A stretch of DNA of 64,000 bases from Patescibacteria group bacterium (GCA_030549845.1 JAUQQN010000001.1:133668-197667), one strand, 5' to 3'; shown: positions 20,728 through 29,958, numbered from the stretch's first letter. The notes: generated by a model from the sequence alone, not told the origin. Made by a program: numbers and translations.

Positions 20728-21054
20728 ATGAGACGTTTATTTTTATTTTTAATTTTCGCAACGGCGTTTGTCGGTGGCTGCGGAGGGGGACATAAGCCCC
20801 CCTCCGTTGAGACGTTGCCTCCGGCTCCAACCACAAAGGTGGAGTCGGGGCCTATTGTGGGCTGGTGGTGGGTAACCATCACCAGCCATACGACCCCTTC
20901 CCGGATAGAAGTTATCCGGGAAGGGGTAACATTGTTTAATTTTTTAGAGACCCGGGAGGTCAAAATCGACCTCCCGGAGGGTAATTACCTCATCCGGGTG
21001 ATATACCCGGATGGGGGCTCCTGGGAGGGAGAGCTGACTCTCCCTCCCAAATAG
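20728..21054 (+). CDS. small GC-rich lipoprotein (108 aa; lipobox FVGGC)
   Basis: ATG at 20728 after AGGAGGTG; signal peptide MRRLFLFLIFATAFVGG|C; mature part is beta-strand-like. The annotated ORF start at 20686 is upstream of the RBS-supported ATG. Mature-region GC is far above the genome background. Confidence 0.6.
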   Translation: MRRLFLFLIFATAFVGGCGGGHKPPSVETLPPAPTTKVESGPIVGWWWVTITSHTTPSRIEVIREGVTLFNFLETREVKIDLPEGNYLIRVIYPDGGSWEGELTLPPK

Positions 21055-21066
21055 TTTTTTCCACAG

Positions 21067-21092
21067 CCCCACCCTTTCGGGTGGGGTTTTTT
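21067..21092 (+). terminator. rho-independent terminator (CCCCACCC-TTTC-GGGTGGGG + T6)
   Basis: Perfect 8-bp GC stem, 4-nt loop, TTTTTT tract, 12 nt after the lipoprotein stop codon. Confidence 0.75.
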
Positions 21093-21113
21093 ATTCCACT
21101 TTTATTTGACTTA

Positions 21114-21143
21114 AAACAAATAAATCCGTACGGAACTATTTGT
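21114..21143. repeat. palindromic element with TTCCGTACGGAA core, copy 1
   Basis: AAACAAATAAATCCGTACGGAACTATTTGT; near-identical to 27942..27975; imperfect hairpin; 39 nt downstream of the ileS stop codon. Confidence 0.5.
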
Positions 21144-21181
21144 ATAAGTAATTTTTATTTTGTTAGATTTTGAGAAAGGAA

Positions 21182-24100
21182 TTATTCTATCCAAATATTA
21201 ACTTTTCCAAAATTTTCATATTCGAATTCCCTTTCCAATTTAAATTTTTTAGAAACTCCAAATTTAAGGTTGCTTATATTTGTTTCTTTTTTAATTCTTA
21301 ATAGATTTTTTGAAATAATGTTTTTTAGGTTTTTAGGCAATAACATGGAAACATTTATAGGAGTTATAGGGATTAATCCTAAATCTTGTCTTAAATCTTG
21401 AATATATCTTATAAAATCATTTACTATTCCTTCTTCTTTAAGCTCTGGTGTTATTTCTTTATTAAGCCAAACATAAATAGGAGAGTCTGCAAATAAATAG
21501 TTTTCTTTATTTTTAGGCTCTCCAATTATTACTTTTTTAACATTTACTTCTTCTTTGATAAGTTCCAAATATTCTTCTTCTATTTTTTCTCCTAAATAAA
21601 CTTCTTTTAAGGGTTGCCTTACTTTTATTCCATTATTTTTTCTTAGCATCAAAATTTCTGATGTTATTTCTCTTACTTTTTTCATTTCTTTAAGTATTTC
21701 TTTTTCTTTTGTTGACAAATCTTTAGGGGGTAAAACTTTTTCTAAATGAACACTTATTTCTACCTTTTTTCTATCTTTCATTTCATTTTTTATCTCATGA
21801 TAAAGAAACTCACTAAAGAAAGGAGTTATTGGAGCAGAAATTTTTGCTATTTCAAAAAGATATTCTTCTAACTTCATCATAGCGATTTGTATTTCATTTT
21901 CATTTTTAGGTCTTTGGAACCTTCTTCTGCTCCTTCTTAGCCACCAATGAGATAAATCTTGAACTAAATTTACCAGTTCTCTACTTGCTTTTGTTGGATT
22001 GAAGTTATACAAAGATTCATAAACTATTTTATAAGCTTCTTTTAATCTCACATCAAACCATTTATCAATTATTTCTTTACTTTGATAATTTCTAATTTTT
22101 AATTTCTTTGGTTTTCTGTACATTCTATAAAAGTTAAAAATATTCAAAAGCAGATCAAAGTAATTTCTCTTTAGGTTTATAAGCTCTTCTTCTATGAATC
22201 TTTTATTATCAGCAGATTCACTTACATAAACAAAGTAAAACCTTAAAAGATCAGCTCCGTATTTTTCGATGGCCTCCATAGGATCTACAACGTTTCCCAA
22301 TGACTTGGACATTTTTCTTCCCTCCTTATCTAAAACTAAGCCCAAAGAGACTACATTTTTGTAAGTTTCCATTTTCTTTATCAAATACCCTATAACTAAC
22401 AAAGTATAAAACCAACCCCTTGTTTGATCTATTCCTTCCACAATAAAATCTATAGGGAATAAAATTCCTTCATCTATTTCTTTTTTATTTTCAAATGGAT
22501 AATGAAAAGATGCAAAAGGAACACACCCTGAGTCAAACCAAATATCTGCTAAGTCTTCTATTCGTTCTTTTAATCCTCCACATTTACATTTCCATTTAAA
22601 TTTATCCACATAAGGCCTATGAATATTTATTTCATTATTTTCATCTCTTGGCAAAATTAAAAGTTCAATTTCTTTATATTCCCCAGGTTCGAAGTTAAAT
22701 TCTTCATTTTCTGCTGTTTGTTTTTTAGAAAGCCCTTGCATTTCTCCACAAAGAGCCCATAAAGGATCCTGATGTGATACTATTAAGATTGTTTTTCCTT
22801 CATACTTTTCTTCCAAATCTAAAATTACTGATATCATTCTTTTTCTTACATCATCCAAACTTTCACCATTTTCTGGGGCTTTGAAATACTGATCATATTG
22901 ATCTTCATAAAGCTTATCATATTCTTTTATTGATTTACCGTTTAATACACCAAAATCTATTTCTCTTAACCTTAGATCTACAATAATCGGAACTCGTAAA
23001 ATATTAGAAAGTATTTCTGCAGTTTGCTTCGTTCTTAAAAGTGGTGAAGTTACAATAAAGTCGATATTCTTCTTCGCTAACTCTTTAGCCACCTTCATTA
23101 TTTGTTTTTCTCCATTCGAGGTCAATGGGTTAAAGAAAACTTCAGGGTAGGAAGATAGTAATTCTTTTACATTACTTATGGCTTCTCCATGCCTTAAAAG
23201 AATGTATTTATTTTTTGATTTGAAATGTTGAGCAAGCTCCTTTAAACTCCCTATAACTTCTATTGAACCACAGCTATTACATTTCCATATAGGAAGAGGT
23301 ATACCCCAAACCCTTGTTCTTGATAGATTCCAATCTTTTCCTTCCTTAAGCCATTCATAAAATCTACCACTTCCAATTTCTTTTGGATACCAATTTATTT
23401 TTTCGTTAATTTTTAATAGCTTATCTTTAAATTTAGATACTTTAATCACCCAATTTTTTGTTGAATAATAAATAAGCGGTGTTTTACATCTCCAACAATG
23501 GGGATAATCGTGTTCATATCCAGTTAAATTTGCATAGAGGATTAAATTTCTTTCTTTTAAGTCTTCAACAATATATGGATCTGCATCTTTAAAAAATAAA
23601 TTATTTATTTTACTACTAATAAAAGCTGGTTCATCAAAATTAAAAATTCCTGACTCGTTTATTGGATTTATTAGAGGAAGATTATATTTTTTACTTAATT
23701 CAAAATCCTCTTCACCAAATGCAGGAGCTATATGAACTATTCCTGTACCTTCGTCTTCTTTTACGAATTCTGCTAAATAAACTTTAAATGCATTTTCATA
23801 ATTTTCTATATTTTCTGGAGGATAAAGAGGTTCATATTCTAAACCTTCTAGTTCTTTGCCTTTTATTTTTTTAATCTCTATTCCTTTAAATCCCTGAGGA
23901 AGCCTTAAAGATATTAGAATTTCTTCATTTAAGTCAAATACTTTATATTCATACTCTGGATGTATTGCTAAAGCTATATTTGAAATTAACGTCCATGGGG
24001 TTGTTGTCCAAACTAAGAAATAAATTTGTTTTTCAGAAAATTCTTCTAAAAAGTGTGGAATGTTTTTCAACTTAAACTTAACATAAATATCAGGATCTAA

Positions 24101-24688
24101 AACTTTTTTATAAGCATCAACTTGTCCTACTTCGGCTTGAGAAAGGACGGTTTCGCATCTTGGGCAATAAGGAAAAACTTTATATTCTTCTTTTAAGTAC
24201 CCTTGATCATAAATCTTTTTAATAATCCACCAACAGGATTCCATGTAAAATGGATCATAAGTGATATAAGCATTTTTATGATCAATCCAAAATCCCATCA
24301 TTTCATCCATTTTCTCCCATTCATTTTTATATTTCATAACAAGCTCTTTACATTTTGCATTAAATTTATCAATTCCATATGAAAATATATCTTTTTTTGT
24401 TTTAAATCCTAAAAATTTTTCAGTGGCAACTTCTATAGGAAGTCCGTGCGTATCCCATCCTGCCCTTCTTTCAGCATATTCACCAATCATTGTTCTAAAT
24501 CTTAAAATAATATCTTTATAAACTCGGGTAAGAAAATGCCCGATGTGAGGTTTATCATTAGCATACGGAGGACCTTCAACAAAAACAAATCTTTTATTTT
24601 TTATATTTCTTTTTAAGCTTTCTTTAAAAATATTATTTGATTTCCAAAAATTTATTATTTTCTTTTCCAATTCACTTAGATTTAGCAT
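21182..24688 (-). CDS. ileS: isoleucine--tRNA ligase with an inserted histidine-phosphatase (PGAM-like) domain
   Basis: HIGH-region PPYANDKPHIGH, GWDTHGLPIE, WGIPLPIW, WFDSG, KMSKS (RKMSKSLGNVVDP). A ~195-aa insertion (aa ~495-690) carries LLRHGEAISN and VSHQD motifs of the histidine phosphatase superfamily; it sits between CNSCGS and CKCGG. 1168 aa. Confidence 0.85.
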   Translation of the reverse strand: MLNLSELEKKIINFWKSNNIFKESLKRNIKNKRFVFVEGPPYANDKPHIGHFLTRVYKDIILRFRTMIGEYAERRAGWDTHGLPIEVATEKFLGFKTKKDIFSYGIDKFNAKCKELVMKYKNEWEKMDEMMGFWIDHKNAYITYDPFYMESCWWIIKKIYDQGYLKEEYKVFPYCPRCETVLSQAEVGQVDAYKKVLDPDIYVKFKLKNIPHFLEEFSEKQIYFLVWTTTPWTLISNIALAIHPEYEYKVFDLNEEILISLRLPQGFKGIEIKKIKGKELEGLEYEPLYPPENIENYENAFKVYLAEFVKEDEGTGIVHIAPAFGEEDFELSKKYNLPLINPINESGIFNFDEPAFISSKINNLFFKDADPYIVEDLKERNLILYANLTGYEHDYPHCWRCKTPLIYYSTKNWVIKVSKFKDKLLKINEKINWYPKEIGSGRFYEWLKEGKDWNLSRTRVWGIPLPIWKCNSCGSIEVIGSLKELAQHFKSKNKYILLRHGEAISNVKELLSSYPEVFFNPLTSNGEKQIMKVAKELAKKNIDFIVTSPLLRTKQTAEILSNILRVPIIVDLRLREIDFGVLNGKSIKEYDKLYEDQYDQYFKAPENGESLDDVRKRMISVILDLEEKYEGKTILIVSHQDPLWALCGEMQGLSKKQTAENEEFNFEPGEYKEIELLILPRDENNEINIHRPYVDKFKWKCKCGGLKERIEDLADIWFDSGCVPFASFHYPFENKKEIDEGILFPIDFIVEGIDQTRGWFYTLLVIGYLIKKMETYKNVVSLGLVLDKEGRKMSKSLGNVVDPMEAIEKYGADLLRFYFVYVSESADNKRFIEEELINLKRNYFDLLLNIFNFYRMYRKPKKLKIRNYQSKEIIDKWFDVRLKEAYKIVYESLYNFNPTKASRELVNLVQDLSHWWLRRSRRRFQRPKNENEIQIAMMKLEEYLFEIAKISAPITPFFSEFLYHEIKNEMKDRKKVEISVHLEKVLPPKDLSTKEKEILKEMKKVREITSEILMLRKNNGIKVRQPLKEVYLGEKIEEEYLELIKEEVNVKKVIIGEPKNKENYLFADSPIYVWLNKEITPELKEEGIVNDFIRYIQDLRQDLGLIPITPINVSMLLPKNLKNIISKNLLRIKKETNISNLKFGVSKKFKLEREFEYENFGKVNIWIE

Positions 24689-25169
24689 TTTTATAATTCT
24701 TTATAGCTTTCTCTATTAATTTTTCTGCTTCTTCTTTGTTTAACCAATCTTTTATCTTTACCCACTTACCTGGTTCTAATGTTTTGTAATTTTCAAAAAA
24801 GTGTTTAATTTGATTTTTATAATTTTCTGGAATTTCACTTATATCATTATACATCCCCCAAAAAGGATCTATTTTTTCTTTTGGAACTGCTATTACTTTT
24901 TCATCTTTTCCAGCCTCGTCTTCCATTTCTAAAACTCCTATTGGTTTTACTCTAATCAAACTACCTGGCAATATACTTTCATAAGATAATATTAAAACAT
25001 CTACTGGGTCTCCATCATCTGCTAAAGTTTCTTCTATAAATCCATAATTGAAAGGATAATACATTGCTGTATATAGAAATCTATCAACTCTTATTCTATT
25101 TTTTTCTTTATCTAACTCATATTTAACATTGCTCCCCTTTGAAATTTCAATTAAAACATCTATTTCCAT
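24672..25169 (-). CDS. ppa: inorganic pyrophosphatase (family I)
   Basis: Family I PPase fold and Asp-rich metal motifs (DDGDPVDVLIL); 165 aa. Confidence 0.85.
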   Translation of the reverse strand: MEIDVLIEISKGSNVKYELDKEKNRIRVDRFLYTAMYYPFNYGFIEETLADDGDPVDVLILSYESILPGSLIRVKPIGVLEMEDEAGKDEKVIAVPKEKIDPFWGMYNDISEIPENYKNQIKHFFENYKTLEPGKWVKIKDWLNKEEAEKLIEKAIKNYKNAKSK

Positions 25170-25171
25170 TT

Positions 25172-26332
25172 TTAGTTTTCACCTGAAGATTCACTAATTA
25201 CGGAATCTTCAGGGTTACTTTTTATATCTATTTCTTCTATATCTGCTATTCCTCCTTCTATTTCTTTTTCTGGTTCTTCTATTAATCTTACATCTATTCT
25301 CCATCCAGTTAATTTTGAGGCTAATTTTATGTTTTGTCCATTTTTTCCTAAAGCCACAGGTAATTGATCTTCGGTTACATAAAGCTTAATTGTTCTTTTT
25401 GGCAAAATTTCTCCACTTACAACCTTTGCTGGAGAAAGAGCATTCATCACATACTGAAGTGGATCATCAGAATATTCTATTATGTCTATTTTTTCTCCAT
25501 TCAACTCATTAGAAATACTTAAAACTCTTGCGCCCTTAGGGCCTATACAGGCACCAACAGGATCAATTCCTTGAACATTTGATTTTACAGCTAACTTACT
25601 TCTTACACCAGGAATTCTTGCGACTCCTTTAATTTCTATTATTCCTTCTATTATCTCTGGAATTTCAAAAGAAAAAAGTGCTGAAACAAAAAGAGGATTT
25701 GCTCTTGAAAGATATACTTCAACTAACCCTGGTTTTTTCTCAACGCCATAAACATAAAACCTCATTCTATTTCCAATCTTATAGAATTCGTTAGGAATTG
25801 CTTCTGTTTTAAACATTATTCCTAAGGCCTTAACTAAATCAACATATACAGCTCTACTATCTATTTTTTGTATAGTACCAGAAACTATTTTCCCTTCTTT
25901 TTCCTTAAATTCATTGTATATATTTTCTTTTGTAATCTCTCTAACTTTTTGAATAATTATTTGCTTTGCTGTTTGGGCAGCAATTCTACTAAACGCATCT
26001 TTATATTCGAGCGGCATTCTTATTTCATCTCCTGGCTTAGAATTTGGGTTAATTTTTTGAGCTTCTGAAAGCAAGATATGTTTATATGGGTTAAATTTGA
26101 CTACTTGATTTTCTACATCTTTATCATCAACTACTGTTTTAACTAAATAAAATTCTATCCTTTTACCAGTAGGATCAATTTTTCCTTCAACTTTTTCTTC
26201 TTTGTGCCTATAATCTTTTTTATAAGCAGCAGCTAAGGCACTTGCTAAAATTTCTTTGACCTGATTTTCATCTAAATCTCTTTCTTCAACTATTTGATCT
26301 ATTAAGCTTTCTAATTGTTTAATATTTATCAT
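25172..26332 (-). CDS. nusA: transcription termination/antitermination factor NusA
   Basis: N-terminal NusA domain, S1 and two KH domains (IPGVRSKLAVKS..., PVALGKNGQNIKLASKLTGWRIDV); 386 aa. Confidence 0.85.
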   Translation of the reverse strand: MINIKQLESLIDQIVEERDLDENQVKEILASALAAAYKKDYRHKEEKVEGKIDPTGKRIEFYLVKTVVDDKDVENQVVKFNPYKHILLSEAQKINPNSKPGDEIRMPLEYKDAFSRIAAQTAKQIIIQKVREITKENIYNEFKEKEGKIVSGTIQKIDSRAVYVDLVKALGIMFKTEAIPNEFYKIGNRMRFYVYGVEKKPGLVEVYLSRANPLFVSALFSFEIPEIIEGIIEIKGVARIPGVRSKLAVKSNVQGIDPVGACIGPKGARVLSISNELNGEKIDIIEYSDDPLQYVMNALSPAKVVSGEILPKRTIKLYVTEDQLPVALGKNGQNIKLASKLTGWRIDVRLIEEPEKEIEGGIADIEEIDIKSNPEDSVISESSGEN

Positions 26333-26372
26333 TTTTTAAACAACAGGTTATATAATTTTAATATTATAAATC

Positions 26373-27581
26373 ATGAATAAAAAAGCGCAAATAGAAGACA
26401 TCCTCTTATTTTTTGCTTTGGTAATAATAATATTTTCTGCTTTTATATATTATTTTTATTTTAAAACAGGAAAGGTACCAGTCTTAAAACCAAGAAAAGA
26501 AATAAAGCCCGCTGAAAAAAGCGTAATTCCTCCTGGTATTTTTTTCCCTAAAAAAGAGAAGGTTCCCTTTTTAAATATTAAGAAAGTTTCCGAAGCAAGT
26601 GTTTTTAAAATCAATTTAGGAACCACTACAAAACCAAATAAAAATCTAGAAACTTCAATAAAACATAAATATAAAAACTTAAATAATTTAGAAACTAATG
26701 AAGTTGAGTTTGAATTAGAGGGTAAAAATTTAAAAAATCCTAATGAAAAAATCCATTTTGCTTATTTATTAATACCTATTGAAAATAACTGGAAGGTTCT
26801 AAAATCCAATAAATTAAAAATAATCCTTCCTAAAAAACCACAAATTTACATTCTTTTAGTGAGTTCTTTAAATGAAAAAAATGAATATGACCCCAGTCCT
26901 TATGCTCTTATTTTTTCTGTGAATGTTTCTAAATATTTTAATGATATTAAAATTACGTCTCTTCAAAATAGAAACATTATAAGAATCAAAAATTTTTCGC
27001 AAAATACTATTAACATAACAAATTGGAAAATAGTGTCTTCATTAGGAAATTTTGTGATACCACAAGGAGTTGAATTTGTTGAACCTTCTGGTAATTATAT
27101 AAAAAAAGATATCATATTAAATCCTGGCGAGGAAGCAAAAATTATAGCATCATCTTCTCCATTAGGTTTTAGTTTTAAAATTAACAAGTGCTTTGCTTAT
27201 TTTTTAAAATCAAAGCCGTCAATTAAAAAATTTCTAGATAACATCCCAAATATTTGCGACAAATTCTCAAAAGAAGAGCTTTTAGAATTAAGAAAAGGAA
27301 AGTATAGCTTAAATTGCATTTTAGTTCTGGAAAAAGCTGGATGCACTGGTATACAAGAAAAAGATTATACTCTAATAAAAAATGATATATCCTGTTTGAA
27401 TTTAATAAATGCCAGATTTAATTACCAAAGTTGCTATGAAAAAAATAAAAATAATATTGATTTCATTCAAAAAAATTGGCATATATTTATCCCCACAAAT
27501 TTCTTTTACTATCCAAGGTATGAAGAAATTAGGTTATTGGATGAGAATGGTCTTTTAGTTAATAAATATATTATTTATTGA
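26373..27581 (+). CDS. hypothetical membrane-anchored extracytoplasmic protein
   Basis: N-terminal TM (ILLFFALVIIIFSAFIYYFYF), 402 aa, several Cys in the C-terminal half, no motif. Confidence 0.4.
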   Translation: MNKKAQIEDILLFFALVIIIFSAFIYYFYFKTGKVPVLKPRKEIKPAEKSVIPPGIFFPKKEKVPFLNIKKVSEASVFKINLGTTTKPNKNLETSIKHKYKNLNNLETNEVEFELEGKNLKNPNEKIHFAYLLIPIENNWKVLKSNKLKIILPKKPQIYILLVSSLNEKNEYDPSPYALIFSVNVSKYFNDIKITSLQNRNIIRIKNFSQNTINITNWKIVSSLGNFVIPQGVEFVEPSGNYIKKDIILNPGEEAKIIASSSPLGFSFKINKCFAYFLKSKPSIKKFLDNIPNICDKFSKEELLELRKGKYSLNCILVLEKAGCTGIQEKDYTLIKNDISCLNLINARFNYQSCYEKNKNNIDFIQKNWHIFIPTNFFYYPRYEEIRLLDENGLLVNKYIIY

Positions 27582-27840
27582 GAAAAACTTTATTGAATTT
27601 TTCAGTGAGCTTAGATTTTAATCTGTTTGCTTTATTTTTATGCATAAAAGTTTTAGCTGCTTTATCAATATATTTATAAGCTAAGCTTAAATATTTTTTT
27701 GCTTTTTCTTTGTCTTTTTCGGCTAGGGCTTTTAAAAACTCCTTAATTACGCTTTTTATTTGTCTCTTTCTTTTTAAATTCCTCAATCTTCTCTTTAAAT
27801 TCTTTCTTAATTCCTTTTTTGCTGATTTTGTTTTTGGCAT
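27571..27840 (-). CDS. rpsT: 30S ribosomal protein S20
   Basis: Lys/Arg-rich 89-aa helical protein MPKTKSAKKELRKNLKRRLRN...; typical S20. Confidence 0.8.
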   Translation of the reverse strand: MPKTKSAKKELRKNLKRRLRNLKRKRQIKSVIKEFLKALAEKDKEKAKKYLSLAYKYIDKAAKTFMHKNKANRLKSKLTEKFNKVFLNK

Positions 27841-27941
27841 CGTTAATAAATTATATTTAATTTTTCAAAATTTTCAAATACCTTATTGCAATAGGATTTT
27901 TTAGTAATTCATAAAAACCCAAATATTCTTTTTAACTTCAT

Positions 27942-27975
27942 AAAACAAATAGTTCCGTACGGAATTATTTGTTTT
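27942..27975. repeat. palindromic element with TTCCGTACGGAA core, copy 2 (near-perfect 17-bp stem)
   Basis: AAAACAAATAGTTCCGTACGGAATTATTTGTTTT; overlaps the last 2 nt of tsaD; probable bidirectional terminator. Confidence 0.5.
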
Positions 27976-29011
27976 ATATTGTAGTTATTGGATTTATGTC
28001 GAGTTTTTCAGGTTCAAGGGCTTTTTCTATGAAAAAATAGCTAGCAAAGGCTATGTTAATTCCATTATCTGTAGAAAGTTCTTTTAATGGGAAGTAAATT
28101 TTCTTATTTTTGAAGAATTTTAAAAACATTTTTCTTAAAGTTAAATTAGATATTACTCCTCCTGTAACTATTATGCTTTTAACGCTATATCTATCTAATG
28201 CTTTTTTTACTTTAATTATTAAAGTCTCAAAGGCTGCTTTTTGATAAGAATTAGCTAAATCAGCTTTTGCTTCTTCTAATTTGTTTAATCTTCTAACTTC
28301 TTCTACTAATTCCCAAAATGCTGTTTTTAATCCGGCAAAACTAAAATTAAAATTTGCTTGATTAACCATAGGTCTTGGTAAGTTAAAAAGTGGTTTCCCT
28401 TTTTTTGCTAATTTTTCTAATTTAGGCCCGCCAGGATATTCTAAACCTAAAATTCTTGCAGCTTTATCCAAACTTTCTCCAATTGCATCATCTAATGTTT
28501 CACCTAATTTTTTAAATTTTTCAAAGCTTTCAAAATGCACTAAAATTGTATGCCCTCCAGAAATTAATAAACCAATTGCAGGAAATTCTATTTTTCTAAC
28601 TTTTTGCCATATGTTTAACTTATTTTTAGAGATTAAAATAGAATAAAAATGAGCTAATAAATGATTTACAGGAATTATTTTTTTATCATATCTCTTTGCT
28701 AATCTTACAACAAATTCTTTACCTTCAACTAAGGCAGGAGGTAAGCCTGGCCCATATGAAAAAGCAAAATAATCAACATCTTTCAGGTTAATTTTTGTTT
28801 CTTTTATCAAATTATCTAAAAGAATTGGTAAATTTTTCTTATGTTCTCTTGCAGCTAAAATAGGAACAATTCCACCATACTTTGAATGAACTTCTACTTG
28901 GGTTCTTAACTTATGAGCTAAAATTTTAAATTCAAGTTTTTTATTTTCTTTAAATTCTATTAAGGAAATACCTGTTTCATCACAAGTTGTTTCAAATCCT
29001 AAAATTTTCAT
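27974..29011 (-). CDS. tsaD: tRNA N6-adenosine threonylcarbamoyltransferase, Kae1/TsaD family
   Basis: MKILGFETTCDETGISLIEF N-terminus, metal-binding HxxxH (NHLLAH), ASKmK fold; 345 aa. Confidence 0.7.
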   Translation of the reverse strand: MKILGFETTCDETGISLIEFKENKKLEFKILAHKLRTQVEVHSKYGGIVPILAAREHKKNLPILLDNLIKETKINLKDVDYFAFSYGPGLPPALVEGKEFVVRLAKRYDKKIIPVNHLLAHFYSILISKNKLNIWQKVRKIEFPAIGLLISGGHTILVHFESFEKFKKLGETLDDAIGESLDKAARILGLEYPGGPKLEKLAKKGKPLFNLPRPMVNQANFNFSFAGLKTAFWELVEEVRRLNKLEEAKADLANSYQKAAFETLIIKVKKALDRYSVKSIIVTGGVISNLTLRKMFLKFFKNKKIYFPLKELSTDNGINIAFASYFFIEKALEPEKLDINPITTI

Positions 29012-29026
29012 ACAATCTATTATACA

Positions 29027-29917
29027 CTATTCACGAATCTGTCCAGGTTCACATCGAAGACCTTGGCCAGAGCATACAGAAGTACTAGTATTCACCCATC
29101 TGTTTCGAGTTTCATCATAATATTGGCAAAAACCGAGAAAGCATCTAAGTCTAAGAGGAGGACTTACCGTGATAGTAGAAGTATTTGAAACTTGTTGAGT
29201 ATTTGATTTTAAATATAATGAATAAGTGCCTGTAGGAACTCCATTTAAACTTAAAGTTCTTGTTACAAAAATATTATTAATATTATTGATAAAGTCATCA
29301 GATCGAATTGAAGGAAAGAGTGTAAAACCAGTTGAGTATGGAGAAATGCTAGGATCCGCCGGAACTGGTAAATTTGAAGGACAATAAGCCTTATTGCTAT
29401 AAATTGTATAAGTTATAGTAGAAGTAGATTGTGTAGTAGTTGATTCAGGTTCAAGTTTATAATACCAGCCTCTATTACTTGCTGGTACTACAAAAAAGCT
29501 TGCTGAAGCAGATTGACTGTCTTTTTTATAAGTAATAGTTACTGTTGAATATTGTGATCCTGGATTTGTAAATACTCCTTCTATTATGCAATCCGTACTA
29601 GAGACATATCCTCCTATTTGATCACATTTTCCAGAAGTTGAATATTGATTTATAGTTAAACTTAGATTTCCACCGCTCCCACCCACTAATTTTATCCTAA
29701 AAAGAGTTCCGCTTGCTACAGTAGATTTAATATTTGTTTTATAAATATCATCTGAGATTGCATTTTCTATTTCAATCCCTTGATCATTAGGAGAAGAAAG
29801 TGCATAAATTTCTATACCAATGCCATTTGCAGCTTTAGCAAAATAAAAATTTCTATAAATTAAGAAAGTAGTTATCAAAAGTAAAATTCCTAAAATGATA
29901 TAAATTTTACTTTTCAT
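29027..29917 (-). CDS. secreted Ser/Thr-rich hypothetical protein with C-terminal Cys cluster
   Basis: Signal peptide MKSKIYIILGILLLITTFLIYRNFYFAKA; AGTTATCCACAA motif 42 nt upstream. Confidence 0.45.
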   Translation of the reverse strand: MKSKIYIILGILLLITTFLIYRNFYFAKAANGIGIEIYALSSPNDQGIEIENAISDDIYKTNIKSTVASGTLFRIKLVGGSGGNLSLTINQYSTSGKCDQIGGYVSSTDCIIEGVFTNPGSQYSTVTITYKKDSQSASASFFVVPASNRGWYYKLEPESTTTQSTSTITYTIYSNKAYCPSNLPVPADPSISPYSTGFTLFPSIRSDDFINNINNIFVTRTLSLNGVPTGTYSLYLKSNTQQVSNTSTITVSPPLRLRCFLGFCQYYDETRNRWVNTSTSVCSGQGLRCEPGQIRE

Positions 29918-29958
29918 CTTTTCAATTATAATTTAAAATTTTTAATGGTCAAATAAGG

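Noticed and set aside
20655-20963. 102-aa minus-strand ORF antisense to the lipoprotein gene
   Set aside because: It is fully antisense to a gene with strong expression signals and owes its length to the GC-rich, stop-poor sequence; no start signals.
20686-21054. GC-rich hairpin-laden region as a large structured RNA (RNase P RNA, tmRNA or 6S) and not a protein gene
   Set aside because: No P4-type GGAAAGUCCGGGCUCC motif, no tRNA-like tmRNA 3' end and no tag reading frame. There is a consensus promoter, a strong SD at ideal spacing, and a clean lipobox signal peptide followed by a plausible beta-rich protein.
22619-23206. ileS insertion as an intein
   Set aside because: There is no N-terminal Cys/Ser splice junction, no block F/G His-Asn, and no homing-endonuclease motifs. 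Instead it has RHGE and SHQD histidine-phosphatase motifs and is in frame with intact flanking IleRS motifs.
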